From Puccinia triticina (lineage: Eukaryota): DNA of 64,000 bases. Of the stretch, positions 14,432 to 28,163 are shown one piece after another (position 1 is the stretch's first letter; each line of letters begins with the position of its first letter). The notes below the pieces were generated by a model. The model saw nothing but the letters and a program-made list of their open reading frames with translations, had not been told where the DNA came from and searched no databases. Position numbers and translations under genes: made by a program. The stretch is from contig CP110439.1 in the NCBI GenBank assembly GCA_026914245.1, positions 4,526,001 through 4,590,000 on the forward strand, in the 5' to 3' direction.

Positions 14432-15319
14432 CGGGCCGTGGCGTATGTGCCAGAAGAAGATAGTCCTGTTACTACTAATGTTGTAAATATTGGCCTGCTT
14501 TCTTCACATTTGCAATTGTAACAAAATAAACCAACCCCAGGGGGTCTGAGAGTTTAGTTGCTGACTTTGGCGCGAAGTGGGTAGACGTGACATTTGTCTG
14601 CCAGGGGCAGTAATGCTATTTGTTATGGACCTGCACACTGAAACCGGTTATGAAAAATGACCGAGCAACATTCCATCTGTTCGGACGTGGAGATGATATT
14701 GCCTCAATTAGAAGTTCCATGCAGTTCACCAGTTGAGAACCCCTTTTCCGCACCCAGAGCATAGCCCTTGACGTAGTCTATTTAAATTGTCCTCTGGGAT
14801 CTCAAGAGCATCGCTTTCGGTAACGGTTTTTTTCCACCTGGTACATGTCATTACTGTCAACCCATTGACCAATAAAAGGAATTGGCTTATTTAGTTTGTT
14901 GCCTGTTCCTGCATTGGCACCGAGGAATTCTCAGAAATGGTGGGTAGGAGCCCAAGAACATACACAAATATGTTCAATGATGAATCTAGGAATTGGCATT
15001 CCATGATATAATTGGAATACATCACAAGACCAAGGCTCATACGTTGTTCTGAAAAGTCCTCAGCTGTTTTATCCTGTTAGGTTACAAGCCATCATAGCTC
15101 TGCGAAATGATTTGTTACGTTCCTGTTTGCTATGGCAAACCTTTTCATTCTGTACAATTCATGTTCCGCGGCGCAGCCGCGATTTCCCTTGTTGTTAAAC
15201 AATTTGGCTTTTGTCAACAAAGGTTGGCAAATATAGCAAGGGTGATCAACAATCCTATAGCTGCACATCCCTCCCTCACCCAGCTCTGCATCTCTCCAAC
15301 TTTGCCCCGAGAAGGACAT

Positions 15320-16035
15320 ACAGCCTCTCAATGAACGGTCAGACCGGTCATTGAGAGGACTTGACACTACATAATCAAGCCTTTCAATGACCAGTACAAA
15401 CTGGTCATTGAGAGGGATCAACCCTTGCAATGAATGGTTTTTAGCAGTCATCACGTGTACTCAACTCTCTCAATGACCGGTACAAACCAATCATTGAGAG
15501 GACTCAAGCTGCTTGATGACCAGTCATCAAGAGGACATACACAATGACTGTTAAGACCGTTCATCAAGAGGAAATACAGCCTCTCAATGACCAGTCAGAC
15601 TCACTGCCAGCATAATCGGCTGGGTTGAGGTTATCCCAGTTAAACTGAGATGAACTCAACCAATTTAAACTTGGCTGATCTTAACTGATGAAATGTAAAT
15701 CCAAGGTACCCCCCTTGGGTTTATATTTCATTGGATGAGATCAACCCATTTTAAATTGGTTGAGTGCATCCCAGTTAAACTGGGATGAATTCATCCCAGC
15801 CAATTAGCTGGCAGTGACTGTTCATTGAGAGGACATACAGCCTCTCAATGGCCGGTCAGACCGTTCATCAAGAGGAAATACAACCTCTTGATGACTGGTA
15901 AAAACCGGTCATCAAGAGGGTACAACCCTTGTGATGAGTGCTTTGTAATTTTTTGTACCGGCCATTGAGTGTGATTCCTCTTGATGTCCATTTTGTACCG
16001 GCTCTTAAGTAGACTCAAGCTGGATGCTCAATGAC
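15320..16035. repeat. Degenerate array of ~40-bp palindromic units (cctctcaatgaccgg...ccggtcattgagagg), same family as 34430-35250
   Basis: Repeated hairpin units are visible directly; the array is interrupted by a CACTG MITE. Confidence 0.7.
15602..15816. mobile_element. CACTA/EnSpm-type MITE
   Basis: TIRs cactgccagc / gctggcagtg; 3-bp TSD ACT. A short relative lies at ~17642-17722. Confidence 0.75.
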
Positions 16036-16510
16036 TTGTTTGTACCGGTCATGGAGGGTGCATACAAATGAGTTTAACATTTGATTTGGCTCAAACGGCG
16101 TGGGGTACCATCTGCTTCACTAAATTTGGCTCTGAGGGAGAGGTACTTTACCTTAGCATTTAGCTGAACCAATGCAGATGCTCTGACAATACAACAATGA
16201 AAATAATTCTGAAACATCAAGGTGGTAACCTGTCAGAAAAAAAATCAATGAGTGGCATATAAACTAGGGGAGAAATGATGGTGTTTATATCATTTCCAGG
16301 TCATGCAAGCTTTGAGCTTTTGCATGTTGTGGTGTTTATTCCTGTGTTTCTATGCAGAGAAATATAAAAATTTCCTTTTCTTCTTTATACAAAAAATATA
16401 TAATGTAAAATTAACCCCAGAGATGTACTTTTCACACAAAATAACCTATATTCACCCACTGGAATGACCCCTCTATCTCCACCGGTTTAGGAGTTACACA
16501 GATTTCAACC

Positions 16511-17179
16511 TGTCACAGAGAATGTTTCTCTTGCTTATTGTTCTTCAAGCTCACTTTGTATTACATGTGCATAATGAATATGCATAATTTTTGCTTGGTT
16601 GTACCCTTTCTGTTGTAGGGAGCACCCTGTTTCTTTAGGGTAGGTCCCTTTGAGGCTGTGCTCCTGTCAAACTATATGTTGTAGGGATGTACCCCATTAG
16701 CTATTTAGCCCACCAAAGCCTGTTCCCCTGGAGCTAAAATCCCTCACCCACAAGTATAAAAGGAGGCCTCTCTCCAGCCATTTGTTCCTCATGCTGGCAG
16801 TTTCCCCCACATCACACCATATCACTCCTCATCACACCAAATTATATACTACCTACAATTTCATATTATTACCCTTAAATGTGCAAATAAAAGTCTAACA
16901 CATTCTTCTCAGCATCAATATAACAAGTGCCTAGTGCCAGTACCCCATCCTTGGTTCCGATCCTGGTTGAAGCATAGTGCTCCCACACCCTTCACGCCTC
17001 ACCTGAGCCAACCCGGGTTCCATCCCGGCCCTTGTCATTGATACCAATACCTCACCCAACCTCAGTTCAATCCCCCCTCTTCACATCTTCATCACCAACA
17101 CTCATTAGTACTCTATACTCTATACACATATTGATGAAACAACTTCATCCTGAACCGACCAATCCTATCATGTGATTAA

Positions 17180-17211
<32 letters not shown>

Positions 17212-17393
17212 ATCAGGTAGTTAGAAGGGCAGAGCTTGCAACTCCACCATCCCCTTTTCCATTCAGAAAAAGGGTTTCACAGCTGCTTTTGAGTCTTACA
17301 ACGTAAGCCTCCCTGGTGAGACTGTGCTACCACACAGACCAAACTTAACAAAATACCCCCAACGCGGGGCTGAGTGGTGAAAAAAGTGCTGAC
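16511..17393 (+). mobile_element. probable solo LTR
   Basis: tgtca...tgaca termini and TATA box gtataaaagg at ~16754. TSD not confirmed. Confidence 0.4.
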
Positions 17394-17772
17394 AACTGCA
17401 GGGATGGAATCAGGAATAATTTGGAGGTGTTTTAATGTAGAGCATTGCACAAAGATGTGGTTCAGCTGCTGGAGGCTGTAGCTTGCTTTTTTGTGAGCTA
17501 CATACCTACAAAGTCCCAAGCATGAATAGATGCTCTGGCATCTTGGCTATCTTTCTATGATCTCAGAATCTAAAAGGTCTTGTCAAATAAAAAAGAATGA
17601 ATGAAGAGGACAAGCAAAAACTGGATGTTCTTGGACCCCCACACTGCCAGCATATTTGGCTGGGATGAAGTCATCCCAGTTTAACTTGGATAAACTCAAC
17701 TCAGCTAATTGTGCTGCCAGTGCCAGTCTCAAGCACCATGTGAGATGAGGGTGGTTCTGGCTTGCCTTGATT

Positions 17773-18183
17773 CAACAATGTAACCATTACAATAAATTTA
17801 TTTGTAGCAGCGTCTAAAATATCTTAATATATTGCTGTTACACTGTAATAGTATTGTAAAATGTGCTCACTGCGTTACACAGTAATGTTTGTTTTGTGTA
17901 AAGACGCGCCTGTGTGCCACAGTTTCTTTTTAAATTCATATATACAGGGGCCAATGTGCCATCACTCTGATACACAATAGGCTGTAATGGGACTGTATTG
18001 GGGGATTGATGTGCTACAAAGAGTTGTGAAATCATGTATTGTTGCATTCAATACTTTGTATTGGTAGTGCATTGGTTCTTCAATGTGCTACAGGCTAATT
18101 TCTTTAAGTCTGTGTAACAGTGTCCAATTACAATACAGTATAGCAGCCATTACATTAAATATATTGTAATGGTTACATCATTG
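17773..18183. mobile_element. MITE with CAAC-type end and 7-bp TSD
   Basis: TIRs caacaatgtaaccattacaat / attgtaatggttacatcattg; flanks cttgatt / cttgact. Confidence 0.7.
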
Positions 18184-18894
18184 CTTGACTTGTTTCAAAA
18201 ATCCACCAAAAATATTTGGGTTGGTTGATTGATGGGGGCGGGGTGTGCTCTAAAAATTGGCACCATAGATGAGCTTCTAATTTTTGGTAGCTGGTATGGA
18301 CAACATCAAAACTGTAGGCTTTAAAATTCAAAGACTGTTTTTTTGTCACTTTTTTGTGGTTGGTCTACGTGCCATGACCCCTGCATTAGGCCTACATCCC
18401 TCTCTGCAGGAGGGGTGGCTTTGCCGCCAGCCAAACTTAAGCTCCACCCAAACTCTGAACTCCAACCTCACACAATGCACATGGGGAGGGACTTTGATAA
18501 GTTAGTGCCCAGACCCGCTCACCACAATTGGCATATTTAAGCTTGGGCGCGCAGCCCACTTCTGGATGAGATCAGGGGGCCCAAGCACCATATTTGAACT
18601 ATATTCTGCGGGAGCTCTTTTGGGGGTACCTATGGGGAGATATCCAAGGTAAGCTAGCTGCGGCAGTTTTTGTGGTCATCATTATGCTCAAAACCCTCTG
18701 GGCGCGCCGCCCTTGCGCCAGCCAAAGACACACCCCTTGAGGGGGTTTTGTACGCGCTCATTGGCCCGCACCATCAACCCTAGTCCGCTTGCGCGTGGAT
18801 GAGATATATCCTGTTGAAAAGACAAGCAGGCCCTTTCCCTGCACCAAAATTTGATTTTCTACGCTTTATCAAGGGCTTGATACATCTTGTTTAA

Positions 18895-19561
18895 GAGCAT
18901 CCGCATTGGTCGCTGATTAAGGAGGGATCAGCGCAGCTAATCCTCCTTGGCAACGGCATTGGGTCCGATTTAGTTGGAATAAACTCCTCCTTGGAGTACA
19001 ATTTGGACTAAGGAGGAGTAACTTTACTCCTTGCTAATCCTGGGAGTAAGCCTTGCATGCGGGCACTTATCCCCACTCAAATGTATGCACCAAACACAAC
19101 TGACATAAGCTGCAGGTGCATACACCATACTTACACATTGAATTGGCACTCACCAATGTGGTTGACTGCCAAGATTAGCGCTAATCCGGTAGTAAGCTAA
19201 TCTGCTACTACCGGACTTACTCCTGCACCAATTCAGATGCTTAGTAGCAGATTAGCTTACTACTGGATTAGTGCTATATAATCTTGGACGTCAACCACAT
19301 TGGTGTGTGCCAAATTGATGTGTAAGTACGGTGTATACACCTGTAGCTTATGTCAGCTGTGTTTGCTGCATACATTTGAGTGGGGAGCAGTGCCCACATG
19401 CAAAGCTTACTCCCAGGATTAGCAAGGAGTAAAATTACTCCTCCTTAGTCCAAATCGTACTCCAAGGGTAAGTTTAGTTGGACTAAATCAGACCCAATGC
19501 AGTTGCCAAGGAGGATTAGTTATGCTAATCCCTCCCTAATCCGCAACCAATGCGGATGCTC
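18895..19561. mobile_element. PIF/Harbinger (Tourist-like) palindromic MITE
   Basis: gagcatccgcattggt / accaatgcggatgctc ends, TAA TSD, long inverted arms. Confidence 0.85.
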
Positions 19562-19577
19562 TAATAAGCTACTCTTA

Positions 19578-19927
19578 TAGCATCCGCATTGGTTGCGGAA
19601 TAAGGGAGGATTAGCGTAACTAATACTCCTTGGCAACGGCATTGGTTCCAATTTAACTGGACTAAACTCCTCCCGAGTAAGCGGGAGTGAAGTTACTCCT
19701 TGCTAATCCTGGGAGTAAGCGCTGCATGCATATTCACATGCATTCAGACACTCCTCCCCACCCAAAAATATGCACCAAACACAGCTTACATAAGCTGTAG
19801 GTGCATACCACATACTTACACAGATTTTTATCCCGCACCAATGCGGTTGCCGGCCGGGATTACCGCTAATCCGGGAGTAAGCAGATCTGTTACTCCTTGA
19901 GTCACACCCGCACCGATGCGGATGCTC
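19578..19927. mobile_element. Second PIF/Harbinger MITE of the same family
   Basis: tagcatccgcattgg / ccgatgcggatgctc ends, TTA TSD; sequence matches one arm of the neighbouring element. Confidence 0.8.
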
Positions 19928-20167
19928 TTACTGCATTCCTGAGCCAGGTTTTCAACCCAAATAATTTTCAAAATTTCATTCATCCAAATAATGCCGTATT
20001 AATTCTCACCCCTCACATTTCTGCTACTTTGCACACTGTCACAACATAGTGCAAGGGAATATGCTGTGACAGTTGGTACTCATTTAAGAATGGCTCTGGA
20101 CCCAATGGGGTTGTTTTGAGTTCTTGTCTGTGGGACACACCCAACTGGGTTGAAAGTGGTGCACATA

Positions 20168-20605
20168 CAGCCAATCCAAAAAAGCTTGGTTTCTTTGGAT
20201 GGAATTTCCAGCGGAAATTCTTTCTGGATTTTCCAACCTGTGTGTATCCAACAACAAAGTTTGACAGATGGATATCCATCCCCGCGAGCGCAGTTGCTAT
20301 TGGCGGCGCCGTTCGGTAGCAAAAAAAAATGCAGGCCGCTGGGGGGACCAGCACCATGACACCCGGGTGCGTTCGTCGGAGTGGGAGTCCAGAGTGAAAA
20401 TTGGTCAAGGATTCTGATTCTGTAATCAAAATCCGGGAAAAACAGCCAGAAGTCTCTGATTGAGCTTGCCTGATTTTGATATAGGCATCCTGCATATATC
20501 AAAATGTCCAACCTTGTCACTTCATTGCATACAAGGTTGGAAAATCCCATAGGAATTTCCAGTGGAAATTCCCTCCAAAGCATCCAAGCTTTTTCGGATT
20601 GGCTG
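20168..20605. mobile_element. Tc1/mariner-type MITE, copy 1
   Basis: TIRs cagccaatccaaaaaagcttgg / ccaagctttttcggattggctg, TA TSD; second copy at 45975-46399. Confidence 0.8.
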
Positions 20606-20939
20606 TAGATAAAAAAATGAGTCCGTGTTTGCAGTGGTTGGGTCAAGTATCTCGGAAGGAAGGAACAAGAAAAATGGTAGAGGAAAACAACAAGAAGAAA
20701 GCCGAAGAAAGCGGAGGAAGACAAGATTTAGCGGGCTTGTGAATCAAGACAGATTGGTGTTCCGATGGACGTTCGAGCGAGGTCGGTCGAGCTTGCAATA
20801 CAACAACACATAATACTACAGGACTGGTCCAACCATCACCTTTTTTATCTCCTTTCTTTACCCTTATTGTAAGATAGAATTGGAAGAAATGGGGGAGTAT
20901 TACGGTCGGATTAAAGAGTTAAAAAGGAGATAGGGTTTC

Positions 20940-22300
20940 TGTTATCCAAGCACCAAGGAGGGGAAGAAAGTTTTGTAAAATTCGCCGGATCTTTCGTCGA
21001 TCTTTTCTGGGTTCTCGTCTCCGAAGACTAACGCTTGACGGTCGACTCTAGATGGACCTGCTTTTTATTTTTATTTTTTCAAAAAAGGGCGTGATAAGTA
21101 GCGTATTTTATTGAGCAGAAAAGAGACGAGAGACTGACCTGGATGGTCGAAAGAGTGCACCATGGAGAGTTCAGGTTGGGAACGAGTGCGGACAAAAGAG
21201 CGCGTTTTGAGGAGGGAGAGCGAGAGTCTCTTGATGAGGATTTTCAAGCCGGCAGTTCCTCGGGGATCTAGGAGTAAGAAAATTGAAGTGGGCGAGGTTG
21301 AGATCAGAAAGAGTGAAATGGAGGGAGGCGAGTAAGCGGCTATCTTGACCTACGAGGATTGCCGGGCTCGCATGATGGCGCCAGGACTTGTTCCCTCCGG
21401 AGCGGGCCCTGATGTCGATGGAACCGTGTCCGGCACTCTGGAGCGTGCAATTTATCGCCGTTCTTGTCGTCCGCCAGGCCGGGTTCGTCTCCGGACCCGC
21501 TCATCTCCTCCTCTTCCACGGTCGGGCTCAGGAAGGAGCCCATGGGCACACTCTTCAATCCGCCTGTCCCTGCCCGCAATGGGAAATCTGAGAATAAACA
21601 GCGAGCCCATTCAGTCTTCCCCTCTTTTTTTGTATTTATAAGGTGCCCTCCAATGTGCAAGTCGGCGAGAGGAGGGTGGCCCTTGACGAATGGAAAGGAG
21701 CTCAGGAGAGAGCTTACCGAAGGACCTGCGGGTCATGCGGGCCGGACGAGCGCCGCTGGGATGCTTCGTTACCCATAGACGATAGCAGTTGGCCGGATAG
21801 GATTCGTACTTGTCGCGGACGGCTTCACAAACAATGAAAGTCTTTAGAGAGAGAGTGCGTTATCTCCTGTTACTGTCTGAACAACTTACAAGATTCAGAG
21901 AATCGACGGAGGTGGCCCATCTCTGGGTAGGAATGATCAGAGTCCGTGTTGTTCTGTATGAGATGAATATAAATAGGTGGAGGAATATGAGCCCTTGGAA
22001 GGGGCCAATTAATAATTACGATGATTATAAGATAATAATATTTAAATGATAATCGTTGGGGGAAATCGAGACGAGAGAGTGCGAAGGTTGATGGCCCATC
22101 TGGGAGCAGAAGGGTGTATTGCGATCCGCAAGCGCAAGCTACTTCCCTGAAGTAGGTAGTTCTTGTTGCTCTGCTTCTTGTTCTTGTTGTTGCCAGTTGG
22201 AGACGGATGTGCACTACTAGGAAGGAAGGTGGACAAGAGGCGATGGAGGTGTGGTAGTGGTTGTACATAAACAAGTTGTATGCGGTCAGTTACTAAGTAC
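20940..22300 (-). pseudogene. Fragmentary spliced gene of unknown function
   Basis: GC-rich, CpG-retaining exon-like blocks with GT-AG junctions (e.g. catccag|gtcagt near 21138). No clean full-length frame could be assembled. Confidence 0.3.
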
Positions 22301-25300
22301 TTAACTAGGCCAATGGCCTTCCTCGACACCGAGGTTCCTGGTGACGGCTGGATTCGGAGATCGACATCGATGGTCGCCGGTGGCCGTCTGGAGATCCAAG
22401 ATACCCAGGGAATGGACGAAACACACCATCTGCTCAGCCCACAGTCCTTATAGGCCACAGCGGTGTGACGAGGGCGTGTGTATCACGAGCGATTGCCAAT
22501 GACCCTCTTCGGAGGAGAAGGAGAAGGAGGACGAAGAGGAGGAGGCCAGTCGGCGGTTCAGGAGAAAGCCGGCGGCCATCTCGTCAGCTTTCCCCCTATT
22601 TCTAATTGGTCGACCGCCTTCGACATGTCCTTGTCAAGCAAATTCAAGTTTCCTTCCAGCAGCCTGGACATGTCCCATCCAGTCTGCCATCGCTACAATT
22701 TCAGCTTGCGGAACGAGCACGTGGATTTCTCGCGGGTGTCTTGATCCATCTCTCCGTCCAGGCCGAGCTGCTCGTCAATCGGCTCTATCAACTCGCCCAT
22801 GAAGTCGGATGGAAATCATACGTATCGTCGACTGTTGTGAAAACCCTTCATCCGCCACCCCAAAGCACACTTTCTCCTTCAAGGTATGTAACAGGTCTAG
22901 TGTTGCAACTGCTCTTTGAACGAGAAGACTGTGAAGCGGAAGATTTGAGAGATCGAGATGCTGAGCGGGAGCCTGTGATGATGATACATACAATATATGT
23001 CATACACACATAAAAAATTGTTTCAGATCGCGTGCTTCTCCTGAGGATCTCCGCAAGATGTGTGATCGAAAAAAACAGATTGCTCGGTTCAATACGTGGT
23101 GTGGTGGATGGCCGACAACCAGCCTTTCAGGTACAGATGGTGGCAAGAATCTGTCGATGTCGGAAGAACTTGCGAGCCGAAGCTCAACAAGCTATTCAGC
23201 TATAAACTGCCTACATCCTCAAGTCATCTCTCTCTCTCTCTCTCGATCTCTGCTGAAGACCACTAGAGGGTACATGATTCTCAAACCATTGGCCATTCTA
23301 GGCTGGACCCTTGTTAATAATAATGTAGGTCAAAGACCTTTTTGTTTATAATGCTTATTGATTTGACATTACGCACCATGGTGGTACTACTAAATGTGTA
23401 AACCCACAATGAGGCTGTAGTTATAGCACTCCCCAACAAGTTTGCTTTGAGGGACCGGTCAAATTTGCAAAAAGAAAATAAAGGGGCAGGCTAAATGGGC
23501 ACCAAGAATTTACTACATGCACAGCAAAGATGGAGTGAACTAGTGTTCACTCCAACTTTTTTTGGAGAACATTAGTTCACTCCAAAATCTGGCAAGTTTT
23601 GGAGTGCACAGCCCTGCACTGCAGGACTTCCTGTCAAGATCAGCTACAGACCCGGAAGAACCAGATCACAGCCTCTGGGACAGCATGTCCTTGCAAAAAT
23701 TAAAGTTTTCTGGCTGCAGATCTGGTCCTGCAGGGGGCTGCAGATTGACAGGAAGTCATCCACTCTAAGTTGGTTTGGAGTGAACACCCTGGCACCCCCT
23801 TTTTGAACCTTTGTGTGAGGATTTTATCTGAATTGCTAAGAAATCAAGAACCAGACTAAAGACACATGTCATGGAGTTAGATGAGAAAACATGAGACAAG
23901 AACAAATATAAGAAGAGAGCAATTTACCACCACAGGATAGAGAGAGTATAAGACAACCAAAGGACTAGATAAAGAAGGTGAACAAGGAACAAGCACACTG
24001 GGAATAAGAAAGGAAGGAGTTGAGACAATTAGCCAAGATAGGAAGGATTGAGGCTGAGGTGCTTTTCTCACCAAATTGGAGAGTTGAGCCGTTCTTGATG
24101 AGCAGTCAAATCAAGGTTGGATGAGAGTATCCTTTGATCTTGATCTTGAGCAATGTTGAGGATTGAGATGAGAGTTACAACAAAGTCAATGTAGAAAGCT
24201 GAGGATAAAGTTTTGAGGAAGCGGTGGAGTTGATGAGGAGATGAGGAGTAAGGAAGGGATGAAGAAGGAGTGGACTCGGGAATCTTGGGGAGCAAGCACT
24301 GAAAACACGGACGACAGGAAGAGATTCTACTGTCTCTGTTGCACGGCTATCACAGAGGTGTCTAACAGCGAGCAGAATTCAACACTTTGGCTGGCTGGAA
24401 AGGGAGTGCCTTCCTGTGCACTCCAATTTACAGTCCTGCTCCTGTCAGCTGGGCACGCCAGGAAAACCCGGAGTACTCCTCCCAATGGTCAGTGTACATA
24501 CTGGCCATCAAGGGAAGAAAGTACAATGTACCCATCTGATTTCTTTACAGCCTACAAAACCATCAGGATTAGCTTGTTTTTCTACACTTTTTCATGTATC
24601 CAAGAATGTGTATAATCCCATTCCTTGGAATTACTTGTAATGTAAAGAATTGGACTTCTGTGGTCATCCAACCTGATGCAGACCGGATAGCCAGCCTGGC
24701 CTAAACACATAGCCATACTTTCCTGGGCATGTACACAATATAACCCAGTGGGTATTCATTTCATACCAAAAACTCCCGTGAGAGTGTGTCCAACGTTGAC
24801 ATCCAGATGATACAATGGCTTCATCGCATTGCTCAGAAAAGGCCCTCACAAGAATGGCTTCTGCATAGCCAATTTTTGATGAAATTAACTAAAAAAAATT
24901 AAAGGACAGAGGAGATGCAGAGCTACAACTTGGTATGGAAGGGCTTGCAGTGTAAGCTGAGAGAAAGTGGTAAAAGAGATGTAAGTAAAAAAATCATGAT
25001 TTTCTGCTTAAAAATCTCTCGGCCTCAGGCAAAGATTGTGATTTGAAACACAAGCCTCTCCTTCAGAGACACTTTGCACCTCCTTGGAGAGGCTTAGTTA
25101 AGCTATTCATTGAGACTCATCGCTGCAACTGACAAATGCAAATCCTTGTGCAGCGACATCAAGATGCCCGCAGTGTGAGCTAAACGCACATTGTTCCTAC
25201 AGGTAACTGTTGGATGATACAATGATAAGGCCCAGCCACAAATATTGGGCATGAAGCACATATTCTATCAATTCCAACAACTCTCTCTTCACTCAAATCA

Positions 25301-25388
25301 ATCCTTGTGATTCTTGGCAAGGCTTTAACTGGGACAGCCTGATTAGCTTCCAACTCAGTGAGAAATGCACCTCAATGCATTTCTTGTA

Positions 25389-27054
25389 GGGGTTGAGAAA
25401 TTGACTCCCTCAAATTACAAAATCAACTCCCAAACGCAGTTTACGTTGCGCGAACCGCTTCGGGACGTCTTCCCCGGGTCATTGTGACCGCATTTTGACC
25501 CAGGGGCGTTTTGGGAGTCGGAATTGTGATTCCGTGATCCCAAACGGGAGTCGGGATTTTAATTTTACGAAAAATCACAGAAAATAGAGAAATATTTATA
25601 TCTCCTCACTGGAGTCCCCAAACGCTCCCAAAATTTTACAGAAATATAGATAAACTGTCTAGAAAATATGCTGAGCTTCACGGCATTGGCACACCTCAGG
25701 GACACCTTGTGTAGCCGGGGGCTGATTTGGCTGATTTCCTACTAAGGCAAACCACTAAAACCTTATCTATGGTGCTCCAAACACCCCCAAATTTTTTCTG
25801 CCATAGGAATACCCTCTCTAGAAAATATGCTGAGCTCCAAGGAGGTATTACACATCAGGAACACCTTGTGTAGCCGGGGGCTGATTTGGCAAATTTCCTA
25901 CTAAGGAAATCCCACGAAACCTTATCTACAGTGATCCAAATGGCTGCAAATTTTTTTTGCCATAAGAATACACTCTTTAAAACATATGTTGAGCTTCACG
26001 GCATTAGCAAACCTCAGGGACACCTTGTGTAGCCGGGGGCTGAGTTGGCAGATTTCCTACTATGGAAATCCCGCAAAACCTTATCTAAGGTGCTCCAAAT
26101 GGGCCCAAATTTTTTCTGCAATAAGGATAGACTCTTTAAAACATATTTTGAGCCTCACGGCATTAGCACACCTCAGGGACACCTTGTGTAGCCGGGGGCT
26201 GATTTGGCGGATTTCCTACAAAGGCAATCTGCCAAATCCTTAGCTACGGTGCTCCAAACACCCCCAGATTGTTTCTACCATATAAATACACTCTATAAAA
26301 ATGTTTTGCGCCCCAAGGAGGTATTACACATCAGGAACTCCTTCTATAAAGCACTGTGGATAAGGATTTGGTGCAGTTCCTTAGTAGGAAATCAAATTAG
26401 CCCCTCACTTATAGAAGGTTTTCCTGATGCGTAATACCTTCTTGGGGCTCAAAATATTTTCTAGAGAGGGTATTCTTACGGCAGAAAAAATCTGGGGGTG
26501 TTTGGAGCACCATAGATAAGGTTTTGGCGGTTTGCCTTAGTAGGAAATCCGCCAAATCACCCCCCAGCTACACAAGGTGTCCCTGAGGTGTGCTAATGCC
26601 TTGAAGCTCAAAATATGTTTTAAAGAGTGTATTCTTATTGCAGAAAAAAATTGGGGCCATTTGGAGCACCTTAGATAAGGTTTTGCGGGATTTCCTTAGT
26701 AGGAAATCCGTCAAATTAACCCCCCTGTTCCGCACGGCCTTCCTGATTGTTTCTACTTCTGTAAATCTCAACATATTGTCTAGACAGTGTATCTAGATTG
26801 CCTTAAAAATTTGGGACTGTTTGGGTCCTCCAGTGAGGAGATATGAATATTTCTTTATTTTTTGGGGTTTTTGGTAAAATTAAAATCCCGACTCCCATTT
26901 GGGATTGCAGAATTATAATTCCGACTCCCAAAGCCACCCCGGATCAAAATTCGGTCATGAGGATCCGGGGGAGACGTCGCGACCCGGTCTGCGCAACGTA
27001 AACTGCATTTGGGGGTCGATTTTTTAATTTATGGGAGTCAATTTCTCAACCCCC
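25389..27054. mobile_element. Foldback / Mutator-like non-autonomous element with ~160-bp internal tandem units
   Basis: TIRs ggggttgagaaattgactccc / gggagtcaatttctcaacccc; 9-bp TSD tttcttgta; long inverted arms. Confidence 0.85.
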
Positions 27055-28163
27055 TTTCTTGTATATCATTTCATTTTAACACATCCAATTGATCAAACTT
27101 ATTAGCTACTTCTGATTTATCTCTCATCTCTTGTGTCTCAGATCCTTGTTGACTCCTCATCTAACTTTTCAATTTTTCTTTTGCCAGTATAAAGGGTTTG
27201 TTATTCTTCTTATTCAATACTTCTCAGAACTCTAACTAATCTCTGTCAAATCCTCCATCAGTCTCTTCATTGTCCTTGTTGTCTAATCTTTCAGTTGTCT
27301 GTCTTTGATATATTCATATTCTATTCAGGGTTGGTTTCTCTTCTTCTTTTCTCTACATTCTTATTTTAAATATTCTTGTTTTTAGTTCTGGTCTTTTTCT
27401 TTAAGCAATAAAGAAGTTTAGCATTTTTTCCTGTTACCCAACTGGTTATAGAGGTGAGTGATGTACTTCTCTCAATGTCCAGTCAGGATGCAATGCTGAA
27501 GATTATGGTGGTGTGATTTCTTTCTTCTTGTAAATGGAGGACTTACTGTGGGCTGAAATGCTTGATCTGGAGGGAAAGGCCAAACCTTGCTGGCTGGTGA
27601 AAAATGATCAAGATTGAGTTTTCACCAGCAAACAAGGTTTAGCAGCTCCCCCTAAATCAATCCATGTAGGCAACACGAAGTCTGATTGGGTGGTTGGCAA
27701 AAGCAAGGTTTCTGGTGCTGTACATGATGTATGGGGTCCACTTGCAGGTCCAGGCAAGGGAGTATAGCTTTGAAATGTGGGATCTGCTGATGGAACATGG
27801 CCCTGTACAAGTAAATTTGGTTACAAGACTCTCTTGAAAAGAACAAGGAAGCTTCAAAATTCATTTTGTCACCATTTCACTACAAGAAAAAGTCAAGCAA
27901 GTGTAACCAGTTGACATGAGAGCTCTAAGGAATCTGGTGATGGAACTTCAGCCTTTTTCATAGTTTGCCTTCAACCAAGCTTCAATGCACAGTGACTGTG
28001 CCAAAAAAACCAATTTCTGCTTGAGTGGAGCTAGAATGGAAGTCACACTGGAGAATGCCTCATCTCAACTGCTGTCACTTGCCTGACTTTTTCTTGCAGT
28101 GATTTCTGCCTATGTTTGGATCAATGATCAAGCTGACGTAAATTAAGTACTTCAACAATTGCC

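Noticed and set aside
20013..20724. 160- and 214-aa ORFs, echoed at 45904-46377
   Set aside because: They span a repeated MITE and have no protein-like motifs.
22300..23010. GC-rich coding-looking region
   Set aside because: Frames on both strands contain stops and I cannot determine strand or product.
24550..25270. Possible membrane-protein gene relic on the minus strand
   Set aside because: Multiple stops and no motif I can identify with confidence.
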